Source: a virus
Lineage: Duplodnaviria; Caudoviricetes
Direction: 5' to 3' (one strand)
DNA: 64,000 nucleotides
Virus record (IMG/VR): IMGVR_UViG_3300005330_000016
Span: 1 to 64,000 of that record
Shown: positions 28,730-36,732 of the stretch, piece by piece
How the letters are laid out: each line of letters begins with the position of its first letter
Position numbering within the stretch: position 1 is the stretch's first letter
The notes under the pieces: generated by a model
The model's database searches: none
Seen by the model: the letters and a program-made list of their open reading frames with translations, nothing else
Told to the model about the DNA's origin: nothing
Program-made: the position numbers and the translations under genes

Positions 28730-30284
28730 TTACAGCCCGGTGACCTTACAGAAGACCGTTGGTCGCCAGCCGACGAAGGCCACGCGCAACTCAGCCAGAA
28801 TGGTCTGCATGTTGCGGATGAACTGGTCGTTGACGGTGCCAACGCGAACCGCACCCTGCTCGCGGTCGTAGAGGGTGACGCCCTGGTTGAAGTCACCGAT
28901 CAGGCCGGTGCCCGCTGGGATGTTCGGATCCAGCACGACCGGCAGGCCCCACAGGGTATCTGCGCCGCCCAGGCTTGGCGGGCCGAACAGGTAGGTACCG
29001 GGGGTAGCAGTAGCCGCCGACTCACGGCTGAGTCGGATGTTCTGCCAGTCGGTCGGGTTGAGCACGAACGCGGTAGGTCGGCCCAAGCCGGTCCATGCCA
29101 CGTAAGTGCGGCCCTTGTACAGCGCGTCAACGCCAGCGTCAGTGCCCTTGCCCACAACGCCGATGCCGGCCAGGTTCAAAATGCCAGTCAGGTTCTCACC
29201 TGTGCCGTCACCGCTGACGATCTGGCTCTGAAGCTTCTGCTGAAGACCGAACAGCAAGCGCTGGTCGATGATCGAGCGGATGGCCGGGGCGTCAGACAAC
29301 ATGCGGTTGGTGCATCTCTTAGCGTCAGGCTCTTTATCCTGACTTCTCCTCGTTTCCAAGGAGTGTGGGACTATATCTTCACCCTGGTAGGGTGCCGCGC
29401 ACTCGTGGGGCTTTACCGTCCGGTCTGGACTCCATGCCCTAGTCTCTGAACCTTCCGACCATTCCTGATCGGCTTGGCTGCTGATTACCTGTACGGCTTC
29501 CAGCAATTCACGCGGTAACTACAGCGTATTACTACGCTGCGCGGCCAGATTCGACCGGGATCCAGTGAGCCATGGTCCTGACGGTTGCGGTCTGCGTGCT
29601 GTATGCGAGCGCAGACTCAGGCTTGACACCGCTACCACCGAGAGCAGTCGCGTCAAAGGCCGTAGCCTCAGCGACGAACGCAGCAGAGTTGGTGAACGTG
29701 GATTCACGCACGTACTCAATGGTGTCTGAGTCGGTCGGGCTGCGCGGGATCAGATCCAGCACGTTGAGCGGGTTCTGGAGGATATCCAAGAAGCCCGGCT
29801 GGTGGTCTTCCAAGACGAACGCCTGACCCGAAGTGGACGAACCACCGCGCAACAGGGTCTTCTGGTTGGCCCAGTCCAGCATGCTGGTGCCTTCGGCCAT
29901 CGTCACATCAAGGTTGACGCGGGTCAGGTTGCTGTTGAACAGACCCGACATCTTGGCTTCGCGGTAGTCCACGCTGCCCAGGAATTGCTGGCCCGGCGAA
30001 AAGCGCCGGCCTTCGGGAGTGGTGTTGTCACCAGCCGCCGATGGTCGGTTCTGCGGCTTGCTGTGCCGATCCAGCGATTGCAGGATGCGCTTGCGCCGCA
30101 CCTCAGCGTCTTCCAGGGTGACGAGCCGTGCTTCAAGGTCGTCAACCTCTTGGAAGATCTGCTTGACGTGCTCGCGCTCTTCCTGCGGCATCTTCTCGGG
30201 GTCGTCGTATCTCTTTTCGATCAGATCGGCTTCCTGCATGCGAGTCTTGATCTCGGCAGTAGCCTCTTGAACGGTCATAGCCAT
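28730..30284 (-). CDS. HK97-fold major capsid protein, two exons join(30284..29554, 29312..28730), 437 aa
   Basis: Coiled-coil delta domain, E-loop DTIEYVRE, KPESALAY; spliced junction restores AHWIPV-TNRMLSDAP; C-terminal FIRNMQTILAELRVAF. Confidence 0.95.
29313..29553 (-). mobile_element. Group I self-splicing intron (241 nt, no ORF, IA-like) in the major capsid gene
   Basis: P GAATTGCTGGAA, Q AATCAGCAGCC, R GTTCAGAGACTA, S AAGATATAGTCC; exon-terminal U in a P1 U.G pair; terminal G; P2, P3, P6a, P8, P9 helices identifiable. Confidence 0.95.
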
Positions 30285-30291
30285 GGTGGAG

Positions 30292-31152
30292 CTAAACCTC
30301 AATGCCACGCTGGCGCAGCCTGCGCCGGCGAAGCTCGAACGCCAAAGACATGTCAGCTTTTTCGTCGGCTGGCACGTCAGTGCTGGGCGGTAGTTCCGGC
30401 TCGCTTTGCTTGTGGGCCAGGACCGCTTCAGCATCGGAACGCACGGCGTCCATCTCAGAGAACGTCTCCAAGAGCGCTTCAAGGTCTGTCCGCTTGCTAT
30501 CGGTCAGGTCAAAGTCACCTGCCTGTAGCTTGGCGAGTAGATCGCGGCAGCGCTCACGGAACGCAGCCACGGTATCAGTCAGTGTTTTGGTCAGGTCGGC
30601 CAAACTCAGCCGCGAGTAGTCAAGCGTATCAACGCTCTTCATCTCGCGCATAAGCTTCTCGTAAGTGCGAATCACACCTTCAAGGTCTGTCTCAGACTTG
30701 ACGGATTGCACTCGCGCCTGGTCGTTCATGGGGATGCTGACTACGCTGTTTTCCAGCAAGTCAATCTCTTTGAGCAGCCGCGTGTCGCCTTCGTTGGCCC
30801 ACTCCCAGGTCTTGGGGATGTAGCCGATACTCATAGAGCGAATCGCGCCACGCTTGAGAAGCTTGTAGGCGTCCAGGCCCTGCTGGGTGTCGATGATCTC
30901 CCAGGTTCCGAGTAAGCCCTTGCCGTCTTCCTTGATCGACTTCTCGATGCCGATGGGCGAACGCGGGTCGTGCTGCCAGAGCAGCGGTCGGTCGCGGTTG
31001 GTGTTGGTCAGCGTGCCCTTGAAGGCACCCTTCTCGATGATGTCGCCGCCGTGGTCTTCGTTACCAAAAGTCGATGCGTAGGCGGTGAAAGTCATGGCGT
31101 CGGAGCCGTCTTTCACGTCAACCAGCGTTAGCGGAATGGACTTGTAGAGCAC
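30292..31152 (-). CDS. HK97-family prohead protease with C-terminal helical extension
   Basis: FTAYASTFGNED, LLWQHD, SMSIGY, LKEIDLLENSVVSIPMN. Confidence 0.95.
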   Translation of the reverse strand: MLYKSIPLTLVDVKDGSDAMTFTAYASTFGNEDHGGDIIEKGAFKGTLTNTNRDRPLLWQHDPRSPIGIEKSIKEDGKGLLGTWEIIDTQQGLDAYKLLKRGAIRSMSIGYIPKTWEWANEGDTRLLKEIDLLENSVVSIPMNDQARVQSVKSETDLEGVIRTYEKLMREMKSVDTLDYSRLSLADLTKTLTDTVAAFRERCRDLLAKLQAGDFDLTDSKRTDLEALLETFSEMDAVRSDAEAVLAHKQSEPELPPSTDVPADEKADMSLAFELRRRRLRQRGIEV

Positions 31153-31201
31153 AGTAGGCCGGCTCCCTTCGTGAGCGCAGGATGGGCCGGGGAACGTGGT
31201 G

Positions 31202-31270
31202 CGCCGGCGGTTTTAGAATTGGTCTTGAAAAAGTGTTGACAGATCAATGAGGAAGGTGTAAGTTACGCAT
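31202..31270 (+). promoter_or_regulatory. Promoter P2 with CGCCGGCG box; leaderless start at 31271
   Basis: Box 31202-31209, gap 26, TTGACA 31236, 17 nt, TAAGTT 31259, 6 nt to ATG. Confidence 0.85.
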
Positions 31271-31537
31271 ATGGCAAACGCAGCTTGGGAAGTGACCTTC
31301 GTAGGTCGATTCGATTCTCGCCCTTACGCAACTGGTCTTACGGAAGATCAGGCCCGTAACGTTATTGATTGGCTTCAAGATCGTGATGAGGGTGCGCTTT
31401 ACGTAGCTAGCCCGATGGATCTCGAAGAACCCGACGATCTAGACGATTGGGAGGGTCCAGAAGCTCTCGGTTATTCCGAGTCGGACCCGGAAGCTTTTGA
31501 CGAGATGGTTCGTGACGATATGCGGGGAGCCTTCTAA
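31271..31537 (+). CDS. Highly acidic small cassette protein
   Basis: 88 aa, Asp/Glu-rich C-terminus; leaderless. Confidence 0.7.
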   Translation: MANAAWEVTFVGRFDSRPYATGLTEDQARNVIDWLQDRDEGALYVASPMDLEEPDDLDDWEGPEALGYSESDPEAFDEMVRDDMRGAF

Positions 31538-31716
31538 TGGCTTCCCAGGAGGTTCAGACGATGGAACAGCTACTAGAAGAACTCAAGGTCACAGCCAATC
31601 GAGCCGAATACGCCTTTCTGGAAACACCCGGTGACATCGAGAGCAAACGAAAGTTCATGCTCTTGGCGTCTCACATTGACGCTGTGGTGCGCCGCTTCCA
31701 AGGTGAAGCGGCATGA
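31537..31716 (+). CDS. Small hypothetical cassette protein (59 aa, MASQEVQ...)
   Basis: TAATG coupling; manually translated. Confidence 0.6.
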   Translation: MASQEVQTMEQLLEELKVTANRAEYAFLETPGDIESKRKFMLLASHIDAVVRRFQGEAA

Positions 31717-31856
31717 ACAGCAAGTTCTGTCACAACTGCAAGGGCACCAAGGGCTGGACGTGCCGCGTGTGCGGTCGTCAGGTCTGTGCCCACTACTGCG
31801 GCAACAAGGTTGGCACGATGGCTACCTGTGGCAAGTGCAGGATGAGCAAACCGTAA
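31713..31856 (+). CDS. 47-aa Cys-rich zinc-finger protein
   Basis: ATGA coupling; CHNC..CRVC..CAHYC..CGKC. Confidence 0.65.
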   Translation: MNSKFCHNCKGTKGWTCRVCGRQVCAHYCGNKVGTMATCGKCRMSKP

Positions 31857-31942
31857 CGTGTTCCGGTATGTTCCGGTATGTCCAAGAGTAAGAGTAACCG
31901 TAACGTAGTTACTTACTTAGGGTGTTCCGGTATTACGGAATG
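31849..31942. repeat. Cluster of CCGTAAC / GTTCCGGTA repeats
   Basis: aaccgtaacgtgttccggtatgttccggtatg...taaccgtaac...gtgttccggtattacgg in an intergenic convergent gap. Confidence 0.7.
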
Positions 31943-31958
31943 GACTTTGAGAACGAAA

Positions 31959-33083
31959 TCAGGCTGTTTTCGAGAGGATTAGCTGGGGCTTGTTCCGGAA
32001 TCTTTCGATGGCATCTTCCCAAGCATCCGGCCATCTCCACCAGTTGTTCTCAAGGCTGTGCTCGGTCATAACCGTCTTACGGGCGTTCCGCTGCAAGGTC
32101 TTCCGTAGCTCTTCCGATTCGATCAGCCGTGAGATCGCAACCACGAGTTCTTCGGTTGTCTCGGCTATCAGAGCGTCGTGACCGTCTGTAGCCTCACGAC
32201 CGTACACAGTAGGGCTGACAACGCTCACAGCGCCGCCTAGCGTGGCTTCGTACCACTTGATGCAGGACTTGCTGTGATTGAAGCCCATTGGCGCTACGAC
32301 GCAGCAGGCTATGTCTATGTTGAGCCATGCTCGTGGGTACTCGGGTAGCTGAAGCCACGGCAGCGAGTGCCTGCGCTCTGCGGAAATCGAATCGTACAGC
32401 TTGCCTGGGATGAAGCCCTGAATCACGAACTGCACTTCGGGGTAACGCTCAGCGATGATCGACCAGGCTTCGGACAGTGCTGCCACGTCGATCTGCTCAC
32501 GAGCACCACCGGCCCAGCCGACCGTCAGCTTGCCCTTTAGCTCAGGTATGCGGTCGCAGCCGCGCAACGTCTCCTTGAACCAGCGGGCGTCAATACTGTT
32601 GGGGATCACGTAGACGGGTGGCGGATTGTCGCCAGCATGCGCCTTGACCACGGTTGCCAGCCGTTGAGTTGTGACGGTGACACCATCGCACACACTCAGC
32701 AGCCGGATCCGCTCCTGCCTCTCCCAATCAAGCTGTGCGTAGCCCTTGGCTGCTTCTGTCTCGAACAGCCGCGACTGGCGCGGGATGATCATGGGCGAGA
32801 ACACGTCGTCATCCACCTCGTACAACCAGGCCAGCCCGGCCTTGTGGATAATGTTGATCCAGCGTTCACCGATATCCTTGTGCGGCCACACGATCCTGGG
32901 CGTGATGATCGCGTCGTAGCGACCCGCTGCAACTAGCGGCAGTACCACGTCAGCCTTGTCTTTGTGTGCCCACTCGGCTACGAAGCCACGCTTCTCTAGC
33001 TCAGCGAACGGTTGCCAAACGCGCCACAGCGAGCAGCCGGTCTCGTCGCCAAGTAACGCCAGGACTCTAGGTGCGCGGTTCAT
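31959..33083 (-). CDS. GT-B (GT4-like) glycosyltransferase
   Basis: GCSLWRVWQP, YEVDDD, VTVTTQRL, VIPNSID, VGWAGG, KSCIKWYEA motifs. Confidence 0.85.
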   Translation of the reverse strand: MNRAPRVLALLGDETGCSLWRVWQPFAELEKRGFVAEWAHKDKADVVLPLVAAGRYDAIITPRIVWPHKDIGERWINIIHKAGLAWLYEVDDDVFSPMIIPRQSRLFETEAAKGYAQLDWERQERIRLLSVCDGVTVTTQRLATVVKAHAGDNPPPVYVIPNSIDARWFKETLRGCDRIPELKGKLTVGWAGGAREQIDVAALSEAWSIIAERYPEVQFVIQGFIPGKLYDSISAERRHSLPWLQLPEYPRAWLNIDIACCVVAPMGFNHSKSCIKWYEATLGGAVSVVSPTVYGREATDGHDALIAETTEELVVAISRLIESEELRKTLQRNARKTVMTEHSLENNWWRWPDAWEDAIERFRNKPQLILSKTA

Positions 33084-33357
33084 AGATCGGGTTTGACAGC
33101 CGCTTGTTGGGCCGGCGCTTCGGAACCGTAACGTGTTCCGGAACATGTGCCGGTTTATCCAGATGCGCCTGGACGCCGCGAGCGACGTTCTCGAAGGCGT
33201 GGGCCAGGTTCAGGAACTCTTCGGGTGGCATGCGCTCTTCGACAAGGATCACACCTTCGCGGGCAATCCTGACCATCACGTGAGTGCCCTGCGCAGCGGT
33301 ATCTTCGCCAAATGCGAAGTTCCACTCGTGCGCGATATCAAAGTCCATCGGAGTCAT
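33067..33357 (-). CDS. Hypothetical protein
   Basis: 96-aa coupled ORF. Confidence 0.5.
   Translation of the reverse strand: MTPMDFDIAHEWNFAFGEDTAAQGTHVMVRIAREGVILVEERMPPEEFLNLAHAFENVARGVQAHLDKPAHVPEHVTVPKRRPNKRLSNPIYEPRT
33124..33155. repeat. 32-bp interrupted palindrome centred on GTTCCGGAAC
   Basis: AACCGTAACGTGTTCCGGAACATGTGCCGGTT; related copies at 31849, 57188, 58528, 59111, 62606. Confidence 0.8.
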
Positions 33358-33563
33358 CGGCAGTACGCCGGCCAGTAACCGCGTATCGCGTCAGCGTTGC
33401 AGCGCTCGATGATCGCGTTGCCCGGGCCGCGCATCGTGACTTCCGCCGTAGTCATCGGGTTGACCAGGGCGAACGACAGGATGACGAGCGCTGGCAGGAT
33501 CACGAAGACCACGAAGAGCGCAGCCTCACCGCACCAGTGCCAGAAGTTGCTCGGCGGCTTCAC
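33354..33563 (-). CDS. Small membrane protein
   Basis: One hydrophobic helix ALFVVFVILPALVILSFALV. Confidence 0.55.
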   Translation of the reverse strand: MKPPSNFWHWCGEAALFVVFVILPALVILSFALVNPMTTAEVTMRGPGNAIIERCNADAIRGYWPAYCR

Positions 33564-34146
33564 GGATCCTCGCCTTCTCTTCAGCGGCTTGAGCCGTCAC
33601 AAGCATCGTGTTGCGCTCTGCCAGGCCCGCCAGCCGCGTGATCTCGCCATCGGCGGCAGTCAGCTTGGCTTCTAGCTCGGCCCGCTGAGCCGCTTCCTGT
33701 GCAGCCGTGGCGTGCGCCTGCTGGTGGATAGCGTGGATCTGGTTGCCCAGGTCGCCAAGGTCCGTCATTAGCTTGGTGTTCGTCTCGGTCTTTGCCTGTA
33801 CGTCGGCTTGAGCGTCCTGTAGCGCGGCTACCGCGTCGGCTAGCTCTTCTTGAAGCACCTTGATCTGGTCGCGCAGCTTCTTGACCTGAGCCTTCTCCCA
33901 AAGGCCCGTAGACGTTTCCTGCCAGCGCTCAGCCACGACCGGCAGCGGGTCGTCGGAATGGTCACCGAACTTGTCGCGTGCTTCATGCTGCTCGGCTCGC
34001 ATCACCGCTAGCTCTTGCAGAAGCTTGGGGATGTCGTTGCCGTACCAGGCTTGCGCACCATCGGGCGTCAGGAACGTGTTGGCACGTGTCGCCATCGCGG
34101 CCAGGTCGGCTGGCTCTAAACGAACGTACTCGGCTGTTGCCGGCAT
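33526..34146 (-). CDS. Coiled-coil protein
   Basis: Long heptad Ala/Gln/Glu pattern; ATG CCG GCA start overlaps a TGCCGGCA box. Confidence 0.7.
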   Translation of the reverse strand: MPATAEYVRLEPADLAAMATRANTFLTPDGAQAWYGNDIPKLLQELAVMRAEQHEARDKFGDHSDDPLPVVAERWQETSTGLWEKAQVKKLRDQIKVLQEELADAVAALQDAQADVQAKTETNTKLMTDLGDLGNQIHAIHQQAHATAAQEAAQRAELEAKLTAADGEITRLAGLAERNTMLVTAQAAEEKARIREAAEQLLALVR

Positions 34147-34200
34147 TCTTTCCCTCTCCCTTGATTCCATATTGACATCTCGCGAGTGCAGGCGTAAGGT
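34138..34200 (+). promoter_or_regulatory. Promoter P3 with TGCCGGCA box (drives candidate ncRNA)
   Basis: Box 34138-34145, gap 26, TTGACA 34172, 17 nt, TAAGGT 34195. Confidence 0.8.
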
Positions 34201-34206
34201 AACGGT

Positions 34207-34360
34207 AACAGAAGAAGCGGCGCGGCTAAGCCCTAACAGCCATCAGAAAGGGCAGCGTCACAGTCACCGACCCCTGGATTTAGTCGAGTGAACGTATCCG
34301 ATTAGAACGGATGGGGGCTTCGCTCAAACGAGTCACCGGGCACTCTCGCGCCGCCCTCTA
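34207..34360 (+). ncRNA. Candidate structured non-coding RNA (~150 nt)
   Basis: Own promoter, no ORF of 60 aa or more; closing stem GCGGCGCG/CGCGCCGC enclosing several hairpins. Confidence 0.55.
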
Positions 34361-34421
34361 GCCCAGGTCAGCCTTAGACCAGACTCAGCCAACGTCCACT
34401 CAACGACCCGAGTATATAGCT

Positions 34422-34490
34422 CGCCGGCATTTTGAAAACTCGCTCGAAACCCTATTGACAGTCTCGAAAAGGCATGATACGTTCAAGGGG
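34422..34490 (+). promoter_or_regulatory. Promoter P4 with CGCCGGCA box; leaderless start at 34491
   Basis: Gap 25, TTGACA 34455, 17 nt, TACGTT 34478, 7 nt to ATG. Confidence 0.8.
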
Positions 34491-34667
34491 ATGAAGAAAA
34501 CCGCATGGCCGATGGGACCAGCGCTCAGCCAGAGCCTCAAGGCCTTTGACTCAGCCAAGCATCAGGCAGAGGAAGATCGCCAGAACGCTCAGATCCGCCG
34601 ACTAGCTCGCACAATGCGATTCGCAAACCTGCGAAACACCAATCGCATTGCTTGGAAAGGAAACTGA
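34491..34667 (+). CDS. Small basic cassette protein
   Basis: Leaderless ATG, 58 aa. Confidence 0.6.
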   Translation: MKKTAWPMGPALSQSLKAFDSAKHQAEEDRQNAQIRRLARTMRFANLRNTNRIAWKGN

Positions 34668-34669
34668 CC

Positions 34670-34882
34670 GTGGACAATCGCTACCCCAACGGACTCGGCA
34701 TTGACGAGATGGGCGAGATCCTCTCGTGCCACTACTGCGGCAACTACAGCGAGCCGCTCAAAGACAACCCACGCGGCCAGGTCGTGTGCAAAAGCTTCGA
34801 GAACTGCGTTTGGAATCGCGTAGAGAACGGCTCGATGACCGAAGCTCGCGCCAAGGAACTTCTGACAAGGAAGGTGAAGTGA
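34670..34882 (+). CDS. Small Zn-binding cassette protein
   Basis: GTG after GGAAAGG SD; CHYC...C....C. Confidence 0.6.
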   Translation: MDNRYPNGLGIDEMGEILSCHYCGNYSEPLKDNPRGQVVCKSFENCVWNRVENGSMTEARAKELLTRKVK

Positions 34883-35154
34883 TGGCAAGCCCGCTGGTTT
34901 GGAAGGTCTACAACGACATGGGCGAGATGGTCGCCGCCACCATGCACGCGGAAGACGCCGCGATTATGGTCGCCACCACCGATAGCGGCAAGATCAAGGT
35001 TGACGGGCGCGTGGTATGGACCGAAGGGCTTGAGAGTCAGCCCGCCAGCTACAGCTACGACCAGGCCGCGAGTCTGATGCATGCCCGTCGCCGGGAGCAT
35101 TGGAATCAGCGACTTGAACGACTGCGCTTCGCAGTCACCGGAAGGGGGTCCTAA
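34882..35154 (+). CDS. Hypothetical cassette protein
   Basis: TGATG coupling; MASPLVWKVY... Confidence 0.6.
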   Translation: MASPLVWKVYNDMGEMVAATMHAEDAAIMVATTDSGKIKVDGRVVWTEGLESQPASYSYDQAASLMHARRREHWNQRLERLRFAVTGRGS

Positions 35155-35345
35155 TGACCCATCTCGTTTGCATCAGCCGCCGCAAGGCTGACCGCTTTCT
35201 ACCGTTCCTGATCTGCCAGGAGCACTACGCAACCCTGATCGCAGCGGATCAGGTCAAATACGCGGTCTGTGACAAAGACTGCGGTTGTAGCGCCGCCGAC
35301 TGCTGGCGCTGTGATGACGGGAGGGATGACGATGATCAAGCGTAG
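35154..35345 (+). CDS. Small Cys-rich cassette protein
   Basis: TAATG coupling; multiple Cys. Confidence 0.5.
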   Translation: MTHLVCISRRKADRFLPFLICQEHYATLIAADQVKYAVCDKDCGCSAADCWRCDDGRDDDDQA

Positions 35346-35973
35346 GGACACTCAACGCCTCAAGGTCTACCGCGCCGGTTGGATAGCTCTGCCCGAAGAC
35401 GTTATCGGCAACTCGCTACCGGTCGTTCAGGCTTACGTTGATCGCGTATGCAACGCGGCGTGGTTCCGCCGTCGATGGGGCACCAAAAAGATCACCGTCA
35501 AGTTCAAGAAAGGCACCGGCGGCTACAACCCGGCCTACAGCAACGTGATTGTGGTCGGGCAGAACGCTACAGGACGCCTGGGGCGCGCTCCGGGTGCCAC
35601 CAAGGCCACTGTGCTGCACGAGATGGCCCACGTGCTCACCGGTCACTGTAACGGAGCCTGGCATGGCCCTGAGTTCGCGCGCATCCTGCTAGAGCTAGTC
35701 GGCTTCGAGTTCGGGCCAGTGACTTCCGAAAACCTCAAAGCCGCCTACAAGACACAGCGGGTCACAGTGGGTAAGTCGCTCACGCTCAAGCCTGCTGACG
35801 CAACGCCCGCACCGCGCCCGAAACTCAAGGCGTGGCGCGTCGTGATTGGTGACCAGTCGTTTCAGATCGAAGGAGCAAACCTGCTCGCGGCAGTTCGCCA
35901 CATTAGCAACATGGCTACGCTAACCACTGCAACCGACATCCGAATCTACAAGTCAAGGAGAGTAAGCAAGTGA
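35332..35973 (+). CDS. HExxH zinc metallopeptidase (SprT/Rv0185-like)
   Basis: VQAYVDRV, TVLHEMAHVL...HGPEF motif. Confidence 0.75.
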   Translation: MIKRRDTQRLKVYRAGWIALPEDVIGNSLPVVQAYVDRVCNAAWFRRRWGTKKITVKFKKGTGGYNPAYSNVIVVGQNATGRLGRAPGATKATVLHEMAHVLTGHCNGAWHGPEFARILLELVGFEFGPVTSENLKAAYKTQRVTVGKSLTLKPADATPAPRPKLKAWRVVIGDQSFQIEGANLLAAVRHISNMATLTTATDIRIYKSRRVSK

Positions 35974-36176
35974 CCCACGGAGGAAAGCGCCCAGGCTCGG
36001 GCGCAAAGCCCAAGGGGGCTGACGGCAAGAACCTGACTCTACGCTTCTACGGGGCTGACCGTGAGCGGATCGCTAACTGGCGCATGTGGTACGCGCTACC
36101 GTCTGACGCAGCCGCCGTGCGGCACATGATGCTGGTCGCGGAAGCCGCTCGAAGTCGAATCGCCGGCGAATCCTGA
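35970..36176 (+). CDS. Small DNA-binding protein (GG.RPGSG.KP motif plus ribbon-helix-helix-like body)
   Basis: THGGKRPGSGAKP then beta-strand and two helices; paralogue at 61587. Confidence 0.6.
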   Translation: MTHGGKRPGSGAKPKGADGKNLTLRFYGADRERIANWRMWYALPSDAAAVRHMMLVAEAARSRIAGES

Positions 36177-36223
36177 AACTCGTTTGAAAAACTATTGACA
36201 GGTCTGCGCTACGGGTGTATCTT
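36160..36223 (+). promoter_or_regulatory. Promoter P5 with perfect TCGCCGGCGA box
   Basis: Box 36161-36168, gap 26, TTGACA 36195, 17 nt, TATCTT 36218. Confidence 0.85.
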
Positions 36224-36229
36224 GAGAGT

Positions 36230-36480
36230 GTCAAGGGAACCTGAAAAACAAAAGAGAGTCCAAGCGACCGTCGCGTATCGAGTGTACGAAGAGCGGAAGT
36301 GGGTAAGAGGGCCTTGGGAACCCTGGCTGCATCGGCAACAGGGAGTCGTACCAAACCTGTAATTGGGATGGATGTACAGTAACCACCTAACGGTGGCGAA
36401 ACCCCACACGCAGCACCAGTGCTCCAGTTCCCAGGTGAACTGGCCGGCCAGTCAAGCAGACTCTCTTGGTTCCCCTGGCA
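36230..36480 (+). ncRNA. Candidate large structured RNA or structured 5' leader (~250 nt)
   Basis: GGGAACC/GGTTCCC and AAGAGAGTC/GACTCTCTT closing helices; internal CCACC/GGTGG, CCAGTTC/GAACTGG, CTGTA/TACAG stems. Confidence 0.6.
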
Positions 36481-36514
36481 ACACCCACAAGATCAAATCG
36501 AAAGGGGATCTTCG

Positions 36515-36715
36515 ATGGAAGATTCTTTCGCCTTCCCAGTCTCGGACTGGACTCCCCAGGTTGGGGAAATCATCGAGAACTTCGGGCAGATCGCCCGGAT
36601 TCTCGCCTTCGATCCCGAACGTGGGATCCTAGTCAGGGCCATGCCGGGCCAGGGCTTCGGCAAAGGCCGGGATCGCTGGTACGCGAATCCCGAGAAGATC
36701 CGCCCGGTGCGCTAG
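36515..36715 (+). CDS. Small SH3-like-fold hypothetical protein
   Basis: AAAGGGGA SD; PQVGEIIE...ARIL..D..RGILV...W pattern. Confidence 0.6.
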   Translation: MEDSFAFPVSDWTPQVGEIIENFGQIARILAFDPERGILVRAMPGQGFGKGRDRWYANPEKIRPVR

Positions 36716-36732
36716 GACCGGGCTTTTTCTTT
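36702..36732 (+). terminator. Rho-independent terminator
   Basis: GCCCGGT-loop-ACCGGGC followed by TTTTTCTTT. Confidence 0.85.

Noticed and set aside
28730-30482. Capsid gene as a frameshifted pseudogene, two separate genes, or intein-containing
   Set aside because: The interruption has stop codons and complete group I intron structure, and precise excision restores the frame; no intein motifs
36441-36450. TGGCCGGCCA as another regulator box or HDV-like ribozyme start
   Set aside because: Flanks are G..C rather than Y..R, it is not upstream of a -35, and the nested double-pseudoknot pattern could not be traced
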